This document shows positions 17,413 through 26,248 of a stretch of DNA of 48,141 nucleotides, in pieces. The notes under the pieces were generated by a model, which was not told where the DNA came from, made no database searches, and saw only the letters and a list, made by a program, of their open reading frames with translations. Positions within the stretch are counted from its first letter, which is position 1, and every line of letters begins with the position of its first letter. Source of the stretch: Acidobacteriota bacterium (GTDB taxonomy: Bacteria > Acidobacteriota > Polarisedimenticolia > Gp22-AA2 > AA152). The stretch lies in NCBI GenBank assembly GCA_003222305.1, contig QHVQ01000026.1, forward strand, positions 1 to 48,141. The letters run 5' to 3'. Position numbers and translations under genes: made by a program.

Positions 17413-17721
17413 TCATCCAACGGAAGACTCATCTGTGGAGTGTTTCAGGAGGGAAGGGCTGGAGATCACCGCTCGAAGACCTCGCGGCAATTCTCGATGA
17501 ATCCACGTGGCCATGGGTGTAGGAGCGCTGCGGAATGGCCAGGCGCACCCGCTTGCCGCCAGATCCCGGGCTTCGCCCCCTCCATTCTCGATGTTGCCTC
17601 GCGTGGCATCGAAGTGATCGTTGCCGGGGATGACGGAGCCGGGCCTAACCCAGACAGAAAACCGAATCCGCTCGGCGGTGCGACCCGGATGCGTGAGAAT
17701 GATGTGCTGGTATCCGGTCAA
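17413..17721 (-). CDS. Hypothetical 102-aa ORF (unrecognised)
   Basis: The only support is a TTGA start/stop overlap with rluD and the absence of any other explanation for the ~400-nt gap before fdhA. No motif was recognised, and high GC inflates ORF length. Confidence 0.25.
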   Translation of the reverse strand: MTGYQHIILTHPGRTAERIRFSVWVRPGSVIPGNDHFDATRGNIENGGGEARDLAASGCAWPFRSAPTPMATWIHRELPRGLRAVISSPSLLKHSTDESSVG

Positions 17722-18728
17722 GTGTCGTTCAATCCCTCCGAGGGGCTGGAAGGAGCGTGAGCCTGCGCACGATGACCGGGGTTTAGGAAGGCCAGCAACC
17801 GCGCAAAATCCTGCGGGAGAGGAGCCTCAAATTCCAGCCATTCCCCGCTCACCGGATGGGTGAATCCCAACTTGCCTGCGTGAAGTGCCTGACGCGGGAA
17901 GCTATCCAACAAAGGGGAGAAGGCGAAAGGTACTCCAGGGCCGTACACCTTGTCTCCCACTACGGGATGACCCCGCCCGGCCAAGTGGATCCGGATCTGG
18001 TGGGTTCTTCCCGTCTCCAGGGTCAGGGCAAGGAGCGTTGCTCCGGGAAATCGCTCGAGGACGCGAAAATGGGTCACCGCCTCCTTGCCTCCTCTCCCCG
18101 GGAGGTCGACAGAATCCCTCCGGGCGCCCGCTTTGGGACGGACAAGACGATCGGAAATCGTGCCGGAATCGAGAGCGACCCTGCCCCGCACCAAGGCCCA
18201 ATATGCGCGAGCAATGGAGTGCGTCCTGAACTGCTCGGCCAGAATCCGATTGGCGGAGCCGCGCCGAGAAAAGAGGAGCAGGCCGGAAGTCTCCCGATCG
18301 ATCCGGTGCAGGAGACCCAGGTAGGGAGCCTTTACGTCAGGAAATCGCAGTTTCAGGTGTCGCGTCAGGAGATCCAGAAGGGTTCCGCGGTCTCCCTGGG
18401 GAGTGGGCTGCACGAGCACGCCCGCCGCCTTGTCCACCACCAGCACGGCGGTGTCCTCGTGGACCACTCGGAAAGGGGCCACACCGGGTGGTGCGGTCGA
18501 GCGCCTCTCGCGCGCGAGGGGATGAACTTCCACCCGGTCCCCTACGCGGAGGGGCCGTGAGGCGATCTTGACTCTCCGCCCGTTGATAGCCACTCCCCCC
18601 GCTGCCAGGAGGTCGCGGGCGCGGGTCCGTGAGAGGACGCCGCTCCGCTCCCGAAGAAACCGGTCGAGCCGCATCCCTTCGTCTCGCGTTGTGGCCGCGA
18701 GCAGGATCGAGCGGTCGGATCGCTTCAT
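17718..18728 (-). CDS. rluD: RluA-family 23S rRNA pseudouridine synthase (RluD-like)
   Basis: The S4 domain reads RLDRFLRE...LLAAGGVAINGRRVK. The catalytic motif is HRIDRETSGLLLF, with GRTHQIRIHL further on. ATG at 18728 forms an ATGA overlap with the upstream gene. Confidence 0.85.
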   Translation of the reverse strand: MKRSDRSILLAATTRDEGMRLDRFLRERSGVLSRTRARDLLAAGGVAINGRRVKIASRPLRVGDRVEVHPLARERRSTAPPGVAPFRVVHEDTAVLVVDKAAGVLVQPTPQGDRGTLLDLLTRHLKLRFPDVKAPYLGLLHRIDRETSGLLLFSRRGSANRILAEQFRTHSIARAYWALVRGRVALDSGTISDRLVRPKAGARRDSVDLPGRGGKEAVTHFRVLERFPGATLLALTLETGRTHQIRIHLAGRGHPVVGDKVYGPGVPFAFSPLLDSFPRQALHAGKLGFTHPVSGEWLEFEAPLPQDFARLLAFLNPGHRAQAHAPSSPSEGLNDT

Positions 18729-20533
18729 TGCCCTGCAGATTCGGCGCCGGGCGGGCGGGGTTGGCCGTCGGGAATGGGGTGCTGGAGGAAAGAGGGCCAA
18801 GCCAAGCTGGCGGTGAGCCCAGTGCTGGGCTTTCTACGCAAAGAAGGAACGCGCGACGTCTTCGGGCGGCGGTCGCGCCGCAGCAGGGACAATCCTCGAC
18901 AGGCGATGCGGTCCCCAGGATAAAGCCGCAGGGCGATCCGGAATTCGTCGCCGGCCTCCTCATGCTTCTCCAGGCGCCGCAGCGCGGAACCCAGCAGCGA
19001 ATGCGCAAGATGATAGCGAGGCACCGCCCCGATGGCCTGGCGGTAGTGCTCTGCCGCTCTGACGGCGTCTCCTCCCATCTCCGCCAGATTCCCCAGTCTC
19101 AGGTGTCCCCACAGGCTCCCGGGGTGGATCTCCAGAATCTCGCGATATTCTGCTTCGGCCTCGCCGGGCTTCCCCCATTCTTCCAACGCCTCGCCACTCG
19201 ACAGCGTCGGGGCGACGAACCTGCCCACCACCCTCTTGTGCTCCCGCCGCTCGTCCAGAGAGTAGAGGCCGGTAGCGGCGGCTTCCTTCAAGGCCGCGTC
19301 CACTTGCCTGTAAGCGAGAATGCTGTCGGGATCGTCCCGCACCAGCAAGCCCTCGGATCGCGAGCTATCCCAGAAAGAGTCATCCACTCCCTTGAGCCGT
19401 TTGACGTCCTCATAAAGTGCCGTGCCAGGATAGACCACCAGGGGGGAGACGATGCCATCGTGGGGACGCACACGCCGGATGAGCCGGAGCGTGGCCTGCA
19501 CATCTTCAGCGGTCTCGCCCTGGACACCGGTGATGAGGTAGACGGAGAGGTCCATTCCCACCTTGCGCGTCAGCTCGCAGGCCTGAATCACCTGCTCCAG
19601 GTGGATGCCCTTGTTTAGCTGGTGCAGCACGGCTTTGGAGCCCGACTCCACTCCGTACTGGATGTGCTGGCAGCCGGCTCGGCGCATCCAAATCAAGCGC
19701 TCCTCGTCGACGGCATTGACTCGGGACTGGCAGTCCCAGAGCAGATGGAGCCCCGAGTCGACGATCTTTCGGCAGAGGAAAAGTGTGCGCTTCTTGTCCA
19801 CCGTAAAGGTGTCGTCACGGAAGGAGACGCTCACAAGCCCGAACCGCTCTTGCAAAAATCGCAGTTCGTCAAGAACGTGATCCGCGCTTCGATATCTCAG
19901 GCGCGTGCCCCAGAACTTGGGGGTGGAGCAGAAAGTGCACCGGGCCGGGCATCCCCTGGAGGTGATTAGAAACTCGAACTGAGCAAACCGGTCCACGCCG
20001 ATGCTTTCGTAGTGAGCACTGGGGTGGGGGATCCGGTCCAGGTCGGCCAGGGGAGCCCGAGGCGGCGTACGAAATGATCCCCCTGGCCTTCGCAGGGCGA
20101 GCCCAGGGATGGACCCTCGATCCCGTCCCAAGGAGAGGGCGCGGGCCAGCTCCAGAAGGGTTTCCTCCCCTTCGCCGATGGCTACAGCGTCCACCGCCGG
20201 ATGATGGGCCAACACCCTTTCGGCGAGATGCGTGGCGTGGGGTCCTCCAACCACCACGAACACGCTGGGGTCCATCTTTCGGGCCACCTGCGCGATCTTC
20301 AGAGCCGCGCCACGGTTGAAGGTGAACAGTGAGATCCCTAGGATCCTCGGGCGAATCTCCCGAAGAGCACTCTCGACCTGGCTCCAAGTAAACCGGCTGA
20401 AGTTTGCCAGGCGGGAGTCAAAGCCCGCATCCCGCAGAACCGCGTTGATGGTCCCCAGTCCCACGGGCATTTGACGTGTGTAGAAATCGTTGCGGCCACC
20501 GTACTGGCAGCGGTAAGCGAGCAGGATCTTCAT
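18725..20533 (-). CDS. B12-binding-domain radical SAM protein with C-terminal TPR repeats
   Basis: MKILLAY...ILGISLFT...VVVGGPHAT...AIGEGEE is a B12-binding-like domain. The radical SAM cluster motif is SRGCPARCTFC. The C-terminal ~130 aa are TPR-like (GEAEAEYREILEIHPG..., AAEHYRQAIGAVP..., EEAGDEFRIALRLYPGD). There are ATGA overlaps at both ends. Confidence 0.8.
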   Translation of the reverse strand: MKILLAYRCQYGGRNDFYTRQMPVGLGTINAVLRDAGFDSRLANFSRFTWSQVESALREIRPRILGISLFTFNRGAALKIAQVARKMDPSVFVVVGGPHATHLAERVLAHHPAVDAVAIGEGEETLLELARALSLGRDRGSIPGLALRRPGGSFRTPPRAPLADLDRIPHPSAHYESIGVDRFAQFEFLITSRGCPARCTFCSTPKFWGTRLRYRSADHVLDELRFLQERFGLVSVSFRDDTFTVDKKRTLFLCRKIVDSGLHLLWDCQSRVNAVDEERLIWMRRAGCQHIQYGVESGSKAVLHQLNKGIHLEQVIQACELTRKVGMDLSVYLITGVQGETAEDVQATLRLIRRVRPHDGIVSPLVVYPGTALYEDVKRLKGVDDSFWDSSRSEGLLVRDDPDSILAYRQVDAALKEAAATGLYSLDERREHKRVVGRFVAPTLSSGEALEEWGKPGEAEAEYREILEIHPGSLWGHLRLGNLAEMGGDAVRAAEHYRQAIGAVPRYHLAHSLLGSALRRLEKHEEAGDEFRIALRLYPGDRIACRGLSLLRRDRRPKTSRVPSLRRKPSTGLTASLAWPSFLQHPIPDGQPRPPGAESAGQ

Positions 20534-21450
20534 CCGAGCCGTCCCCGAGCCAGGAACGGGCGCCTGGGGCTGACCGGCCGGGCATCTCCGCTCCGTGCCT
20601 CCACGGCCTGACCCCATCCCGTAATCCGGCAGAGTTCTTTCAGGACCACCTCGGGCCGCTCGTCTCGCATCAGTGGATAAAGGGTTCTGGCGCGGCGCAG
20701 CGGTGCCCGAGGAAGGGTTGCCAGGAGCATTGTTTCGGCAAGTGCCGGCGCTCGTCCCCTTACTTCTCCCAGGGGGTCCACTACGAAGGATCCACCGCTG
20801 AAGTGCATCCCGTCTTCCACTCCCACACGGTTCACGTAAATCACATAGACGGTCTGAAATTTCGCGGTGACGCGGCAGAGATCCAGCCAGGACACGATGC
20901 TGGACAGCTCCTTACCGGATTCCACGCCGCGGCTGGGGCCGCTGGAGAGAACCACAAGGTAGTCGGCCCCGTCTCGTGCAAGGAGGTAGGCTGAAGAAGG
21001 GTGCCAGGCGTCTTCGCAGATGAGGATTCCAAAGCGACCGAACGGCGTCGAGAAGGCTGCGAAACCGTCCCCCGCCGCGAATTCGCGCGCTTCATCGAAC
21101 ATGCCGTAAGTGGGGAGATAGACCTTGCGGTGGCGGTGGAGGATCCTTCCATTTGCCAGGAACAGCGCCGTGTTGTAGTAGCGGTGGTCCTCCGATTCCT
21201 CCACCAGGCCCAGTGCGATAGCGATGCGTCGAGAGAGCTTCAGCAGTTCCCGGATTTCAGGAGCGCTCTCGTGACGCAGCGCCACCTCCGGGACGAGATC
21301 CTGGAGCAGATAGCCGGTCAGGCTTAGCTCCGGAAAAACCACCAGATCGACCCTCGCCCGGATCGCCGCTTGAATCGCCTTCCGGTGCATCTGGAGATTG
21401 CCTGCCACATTCCCCAGAAGGGGAGCCACCTGGGCCAAGGCTACGCGCAT
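20530..21450 (-). CDS. Carbon-nitrogen hydrolase (nitrilase superfamily), resembling the glutaminase domain of glutamine-dependent NAD+ synthetase
   Basis: The E-K-C triad contexts are VVFPELSLTGY, HRKVYLPTYGMFDEAREFAAGD and ILICEDAWHP. The KxxLPxYGxFDExRxF block is what I recall from NadE glutaminase domains. Confidence 0.75.
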   Translation of the reverse strand: MRVALAQVAPLLGNVAGNLQMHRKAIQAAIRARVDLVVFPELSLTGYLLQDLVPEVALRHESAPEIRELLKLSRRIAIALGLVEESEDHRYYNTALFLANGRILHRHRKVYLPTYGMFDEAREFAAGDGFAAFSTPFGRFGILICEDAWHPSSAYLLARDGADYLVVLSSGPSRGVESGKELSSIVSWLDLCRVTAKFQTVYVIYVNRVGVEDGMHFSGGSFVVDPLGEVRGRAPALAETMLLATLPRAPLRRARTLYPLMRDERPEVVLKELCRITGWGQAVEARSGDARPVSPRRPFLARGRLG

Positions 21451-21504
21451 TATCGGTTCCTCGGATACGGCGATCCATGGTCAGAATCGCATAGGTAAGG
21501 ATTC

Positions 21505-21518
21505 AAAATCTAGATTTT
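21505..21518. promoter_or_regulatory. Perfect 14-nt palindrome AAAATCTAGATTTT in a divergent intergenic region (candidate operator)
   Basis: Seen directly at 21505-21518. It overlaps a minus-strand extended -10-like TGGTAAAAT for the CN-hydrolase operon. A plus-strand TATAAT lies at 21567-21572. Confidence 0.35.
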
Positions 21519-21616
21519 ACCACAGGTTAGCCTGGCCCCCGGCTCGGTGGAGCTGAAGGATTGGAGTATAATCCACCCCGGTCTCAGCGCCATTCCGATC
21601 ACCCTCGGAGACAGAT

Positions 21617-22426
21617 TTGGTCCGCGCCCCTGCCGTTGCTGGTCGTTTCTACCCAGGTGAGCCGGACATCCTCAAGACGCTAGTGGCCGACCTCCTGGTC
21701 ACTCACGCTACCGCAGAACCCCAATCTGCCATCGCCGTGCTTGTCCCACACGCCGGATACGTTTACTCCGGAGGGGTGGCAGCCGCGGTCTATTCGGCAG
21801 TAAGAATTCCAGCCCGTGTCATCCTCCTGGGACCGAACCACACCGGCCTGGGGCCTCCGCTATCCCTCTGGGACAGGGGAATATGGGAATTTCCGGGAGG
21901 GGAGGTTCGGGTGGACGAAGAGTTTGGGCACCTGCTGAGAAAGTCCTGCCCCGAGTTGGTTCCGGATCCCTTGGCGCACCGCTACGAACATTGCCTCGAG
22001 GTCCAGATTCCCTTTTTGGAGGCCCGAGTAGAACACCTTCGGGTGACGCCGGTCGTCCTGGGGACCTCTCGACTTGAAACGCTCCATCAGTTGGGCCACG
22101 CCATCGCCGAGGCGGTGCGACAGGCGGGAGAAGCAGCTCTTGTGGTGATCAGCAGCGACATGACCCACTACGAACCGGCCGAAGTGGCTGCTCGAAAGGA
22201 CCATCTCGCAGTGGAGGCCATGGAAGCGATGGACGCCGAGGGGCTTCACCAGGTGGTGGTACGTGAGGAAATCTCCATGTGCGGCTTCGCGCCGGCGGTC
22301 GCGGGTCTCGCCGCCGCCCGGGAGCTGGGTGCCCGAAGCGGGCGGCTAGTCCGTTACGCGCACTCGGGAGTGGTGAGCGGCGATAATACCTCGGTGGTCG
22401 GTTACGCAGGGATGGTCTTTTCGTGA
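21617..22426 (+). CDS. amrB: Memo-like protein (AmmeMemoRadiSam system protein B family)
   Basis: Motifs present are AVAGRFYPGEP, LVPHAGYVYSGGVAA, LGPNH, EHCLEVQIPFL, SSDMTHY and SVVGYAG. TTG start at 21617 follows GGAGA. Confidence 0.8.
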   Translation: MVRAPAVAGRFYPGEPDILKTLVADLLVTHATAEPQSAIAVLVPHAGYVYSGGVAAAVYSAVRIPARVILLGPNHTGLGPPLSLWDRGIWEFPGGEVRVDEEFGHLLRKSCPELVPDPLAHRYEHCLEVQIPFLEARVEHLRVTPVVLGTSRLETLHQLGHAIAEAVRQAGEAALVVISSDMTHYEPAEVAARKDHLAVEAMEAMDAEGLHQVVVREEISMCGFAPAVAGLAAARELGARSGRLVRYAHSGVVSGDNTSVVGYAGMVFS

Positions 22427-25347
22427 GTTCGTTTGAACCTCCGTCCCTCCATCGACCCTGTCCGGATGCTGCTCCTGTTCGCGTCGGTGTTGCCGCCCGG
22501 GGCATCCTTATCGTGTTCCTCATGACGCCGGGGATTCTCCTCGCACAGGCCACCTCCACCGCACCGTCCTCCTCGGCCGGTCGCAAGACTTACAGCCAGC
22601 CTGGGGGGGAGGGGGAGAAGGTCTTGGAACTGAGCGCTGGGGCGGGATCCGATTTCGGAGAACACGAACTGCTTCTCAAGGGATATGTGGACCTGCACTA
22701 TGGTGATCTTCGGCTGCAGGCCGATACGGTCCGCTATGTCCCCGCCACGAAGGACTGTTTCGCCGAGGGAAACGTCATCCTGGACAGCGGCTCCACGCGT
22801 CTCACCGCCGACCGCGTGGAATACAACCTGGGGACGGAGACCGGCGCCTTTTATGGGGCGCGGGGCTACGCCGAGCCCTCCTTCTATTTCGAGGCGGTCG
22901 AGGTGCACAAGGTGGACAAAGAGCGCTACGTGATCCTGGATGCCACCTTCACCACCTGCACCCAGCCGGTTCCCTACTGGTCCTTCAAGGTGGCTCGCGG
23001 CACCATCCACCTGGACAACTACGCGTACCTGCATCATGTGTCGTTCAGAGCCGAGCACGTCCCCGTTTTCTATTCGCCCTACTTGGTCTGGCCTATCAAG
23101 GAAGACCGGGCCACGGGACTGCTTTTTCCGGAGTTCGGCTACTCCCAGAGGCGGGGTTTCGTATTCTCCAACGCTTTGTATTGGGCCATTCGCCGTAATA
23201 TGGACGCCACCTTCTTCCTGGACTACTACGCGAAGGCGGGGCTCGGGGAAGGACTCGAGTATCGCTATGTCCCCTCGGTGGGCGGCAAGGGGCAGTTCAC
23301 CGGGGCCTACATTCACGATCAAGTCGTGGACCAGGATCGATATTCGTTCAACCTCAACCACCGTCAGGAGCTTCCCAATGATTTCAGGCTGGTGGCAAGC
23401 CTAAATTCCGTCAGCGATTTCAACTATTACCTGGACTTCCAGAGAGATCTCCGGGTTTCCAGCAATCCGGTCATTCTTTCCTTTACCTATCTGACCCGAA
23501 ACTGGGCCAGTTACAGTTTCAACGTCCGCGGCGAGCAGCGCAAGCAGCTGTACAATGTGTCGGAATTGCTCTTCCCACCGAAGTTCGGGCCGCCCGGTCC
23601 AGCGAAATTGGTCACGGTGGAAGAACCCTTTACCAACCTGATCGAGCCTTCGCTGGAATGGCGTGGGAGCAAACAACGACTGGGCAATTCGCCGCTTTAC
23701 TTCGCGTTCGAAACCTCCCTCGATGGTTTCCGGAAGTCGACCAACCTCTTCTCGGCAACCTATCAGCGCCTCGATTTCTTTCCGACGTTCTCGTCGCCTC
23801 TCCGCCTCGTTCCCTGGCTGGACGTCAACCCCACCGTCGGATTCCGTGGAACCGTCTATACGAAGCGGCTCGGGAAGGTTTTGTCAGAGGACATCAATCA
23901 GAATGGTGTGCCAGATCGGGACGAGGATGTGGGCTTGGACGGCATTCCGGGAACCGGCGACATCGGGGAAGGGAACGGGGTACTCGACACGGAGGATACA
24001 AACGGGAACGGCATTCTTGACCCGGGGGAGGATCTCAACGGCAACGGGAGGCTCGATTCTGAGGATCGCAACGGCGACGGACAGATCGATCGAGTCGAGG
24101 ATGTCGGACTGAGAGACGCTAATGGGAATGTTGTGTTCGGGGCGGGGAATGGCGTGCTCGATACGGAGGATACGAATGGGAACGGTGTCCTTGACCCAGG
24201 GGAGGACCTCAACGGCAACGGAAGGATCGATACCGAGGATCGTAACGGTAACGGAATCCTGGACCGGGATGAAGATGCAGGTCTGGACGCCCTGCCGGGG
24301 ACGCGAGACCTGGGCGAGGGAAACGGCATCCTGGATCAACGGGAAGAGGTCCTGAATCAGGCCTTCATCCGGAAGATTTTTTCGGGTTCGCTGGAGGTCA
24401 TCGGGCCCAAGCTCTCTCGGGTCTACCTCACGCCCGACAGCCACTTTTCCCCGGCTTTTAAGCACACCTTTGAGCCTAGACTTTTTTACCAGTACCAGTC
24501 GAAGGTGGACAATCCCCAAGAAATCATCCAGTTCGACGAGAAGGACTCCTTCTCAGGCAATTTGAATGCGGTAAGCTTTTCCCTAACGACGCGGCTCCTG
24601 GCTAAACGGCCGGGGACCACCCCCGGGGCATCTTCCCCCGAAAGCGGCCTCTTCTCGCCTGCCCACCCGGCGCAACCGTCTCCGCCGGAGGGCCAGGATC
24701 TATCCGCTCCCTCGTCCATTCCCACGCCGGAGAAGCCGGATCTGAGCACGGTGGAAATCGCCTCCTTCACCGTGGGCCAGACCTATTCCTTCCTGGGTCC
24801 CTTGAGCACCCGGGGGACCTGCTTTTTCGTCAACGGGATTGCTCAGGGACTCGGCTGCGAAACCAGCCGGCTATCAGGAGTGGATGCCACCTTGCGATAT
24901 AACCCAACGCTTTTCACGAGCCTGGATGCCAAGGCGACCTATGACATTCTGAGCAACGTGGTACGCTCCGGAAACGTGAGCGCCCATTACCGTAACCCCG
25001 AGTGGGGGTCCGTGGATTTTTCCTGGTTTTTCCAGAAATCCCTGGAGGCCTTGAGCCAAGACAGCAGCCAGTTCACGCTCCAGACGCAGACGCTCCTGCT
25101 CAATCACCGGCTCTTGCTGGGCTTTCAGGGGCACTATGACCTGGTCCAGAACCAGCTCCAGGACCAACGCTATACCTTGGGCTACAACACGCAATGCTGT
25201 GGTTTCACCTTCGAGCTGTTGGATCGGAGCTACGTCGGTGTGAGCCAGCAGGAATTTAGAATGATGGTCAACCTGAAGGGAATCGGAAACGTCTTGGACC
25301 TGAACAGCGGCTCCACGTCCATTCCGGGTGTCCCCATCAGCTTTTGA
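22423..25347 (+). CDS. lptD: LPS-assembly outer-membrane protein LptD (OstA family) with a repeat-rich insert
   Basis: A signal-like N-terminus is followed by an OstA_N-like region (LLLKGYVDLHYGDLRLQADTVRYVP...GNVILDSGSTRLTADRVEYNL) and a long beta-barrel-like C-terminal region ending in an aromatic-rich tail (...IPGVPISF). The GTG start overlaps the amrB stop (GTGA). Confidence 0.75.
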   Translation: MSSFEPPSLHRPCPDAAPVRVGVAARGILIVFLMTPGILLAQATSTAPSSSAGRKTYSQPGGEGEKVLELSAGAGSDFGEHELLLKGYVDLHYGDLRLQADTVRYVPATKDCFAEGNVILDSGSTRLTADRVEYNLGTETGAFYGARGYAEPSFYFEAVEVHKVDKERYVILDATFTTCTQPVPYWSFKVARGTIHLDNYAYLHHVSFRAEHVPVFYSPYLVWPIKEDRATGLLFPEFGYSQRRGFVFSNALYWAIRRNMDATFFLDYYAKAGLGEGLEYRYVPSVGGKGQFTGAYIHDQVVDQDRYSFNLNHRQELPNDFRLVASLNSVSDFNYYLDFQRDLRVSSNPVILSFTYLTRNWASYSFNVRGEQRKQLYNVSELLFPPKFGPPGPAKLVTVEEPFTNLIEPSLEWRGSKQRLGNSPLYFAFETSLDGFRKSTNLFSATYQRLDFFPTFSSPLRLVPWLDVNPTVGFRGTVYTKRLGKVLSEDINQNGVPDRDEDVGLDGIPGTGDIGEGNGVLDTEDTNGNGILDPGEDLNGNGRLDSEDRNGDGQIDRVEDVGLRDANGNVVFGAGNGVLDTEDTNGNGVLDPGEDLNGNGRIDTEDRNGNGILDRDEDAGLDALPGTRDLGEGNGILDQREEVLNQAFIRKIFSGSLEVIGPKLSRVYLTPDSHFSPAFKHTFEPRLFYQYQSKVDNPQEIIQFDEKDSFSGNLNAVSFSLTTRLLAKRPGTTPGASSPESGLFSPAHPAQPSPPEGQDLSAPSSIPTPEKPDLSTVEIASFTVGQTYSFLGPLSTRGTCFFVNGIAQGLGCETSRLSGVDATLRYNPTLFTSLDAKATYDILSNVVRSGNVSAHYRNPEWGSVDFSWFFQKSLEALSQDSSQFTLQTQTLLLNHRLLLGFQGHYDLVQNQLQDQRYTLGYNTQCCGFTFELLDRSYVGVSQQEFRMMVNLKGIGNVLDLNSGSTSIPGVPISF
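23971..24080 (+). repeat. Copy 1 of a ~110-nt intragenic direct repeat in lptD (GNGVLDTEDTNGNGILDPGEDLNGNGRLDSEDRNGDG)
   Basis: Read directly. It is near-identical at the protein level to copy 2 and clearly similar at the nucleotide level, with a 174-nt period. Confidence 0.8.
24145..24254 (+). repeat. Copy 2 of the intragenic direct repeat in lptD (GNGVLDTEDTNGNGVLDPGEDLNGNGRIDTEDRNGNG)
   Basis: Read directly. It lies 174 nt (58 codons) downstream of copy 1. Confidence 0.8.
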
Positions 25348-25392
25348 GGGACTGCGGTCACAGGGTCATCCTGGCACGAGGGAACAGGCGTC

Positions 25393-26247
25393 ATGATCTT
25401 GATCACAGGCGCGGGCGGGCGCGTGGGCCGAGCGCTGGAGGCAGCTCTTCAGGAGCGATTTCCTGACCGGGTCGTGGCAGCGACCCGGGAGGAACTGGAT
25501 CTCACCGATGCTGCGCGACTGGCTTTGGAAATGGAGCGGCTGGATCCGCCCCCTGAGGTGGCGATCAACTGCTCCGCCCTCACCGATCCCCTTCGAGCCG
25601 AATCGGCGCCCGAGGAATCCTTGGAAGTGAACTGCAGAGGTGTCGCTTCTCTCGCCCGGGCCTGCCGTGAGTTGGGTTGCCGTCTAATTCACCTTTCCAC
25701 GGTGGACGTGTTCAGCGGCTCCGCGTCCTCCCCCTACCGAGAGGAGGAGATTCCCGATCCCCGCACCCAGTATGCAAGGACGCGGTACCTCGGGGAATTG
25801 AGTGCCCGGGAGGTCCCCGATCACCTAATCCTGAGGATGTCTCTTCTGTGCGGGGACGGCGAACGAGGAGATCCCCTCCTGGCCGTGGAACGGGCCGTAA
25901 GAAGAAATGAACCGCTCGCGTGGGAAGATCGTGCCGTTTCCCTGTTCTGGATGGAAGACTTCGTCTCGGTGCTTCAGACCGTCCTTCGTTCCGACTGGAG
26001 GGGAGTGCTGCACCTCGGGAACGGCGAGGCCTGCCTTCTCTCGCAGATGGCGGCGGAAGCGGCGGGCCTGCTGAAAGCTTCCAGCGTCCCGGAGCTGACG
26101 GGTGGTTCGGGCCCCGCCTCCTTCTGGGAAGCGACGGGGTCTAACGCGGCGCTGGACTGCCAGAAGTTCACCCAGCTGAGCGGCAGGCGTCTCCGAGACT
26201 GGCGAGTGGCCATGGCAGCGACCTTTGCAGGCCCAGGAGGGTCGTGA
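25393..26247 (+). CDS. RmlD-like NAD(P)-dependent sugar-nucleotide reductase/epimerase family protein
   Basis: The N-terminus is MILITGAGGRVGRAL. The overall layout looks like dTDP-4-dehydrorhamnose reductase (HLSTVDVF, YARTRYLGE in place of YGxTKxxGE). Confidence 0.6.
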   Translation: MILITGAGGRVGRALEAALQERFPDRVVAATREELDLTDAARLALEMERLDPPPEVAINCSALTDPLRAESAPEESLEVNCRGVASLARACRELGCRLIHLSTVDVFSGSASSPYREEEIPDPRTQYARTRYLGELSAREVPDHLILRMSLLCGDGERGDPLLAVERAVRRNEPLAWEDRAVSLFWMEDFVSVLQTVLRSDWRGVLHLGNGEACLLSQMAAEAAGLLKASSVPELTGGSGPASFWEATGSNAALDCQKFTQLSGRRLRDWRVAMAATFAGPGGS

Positions 26248-26248
26248 G

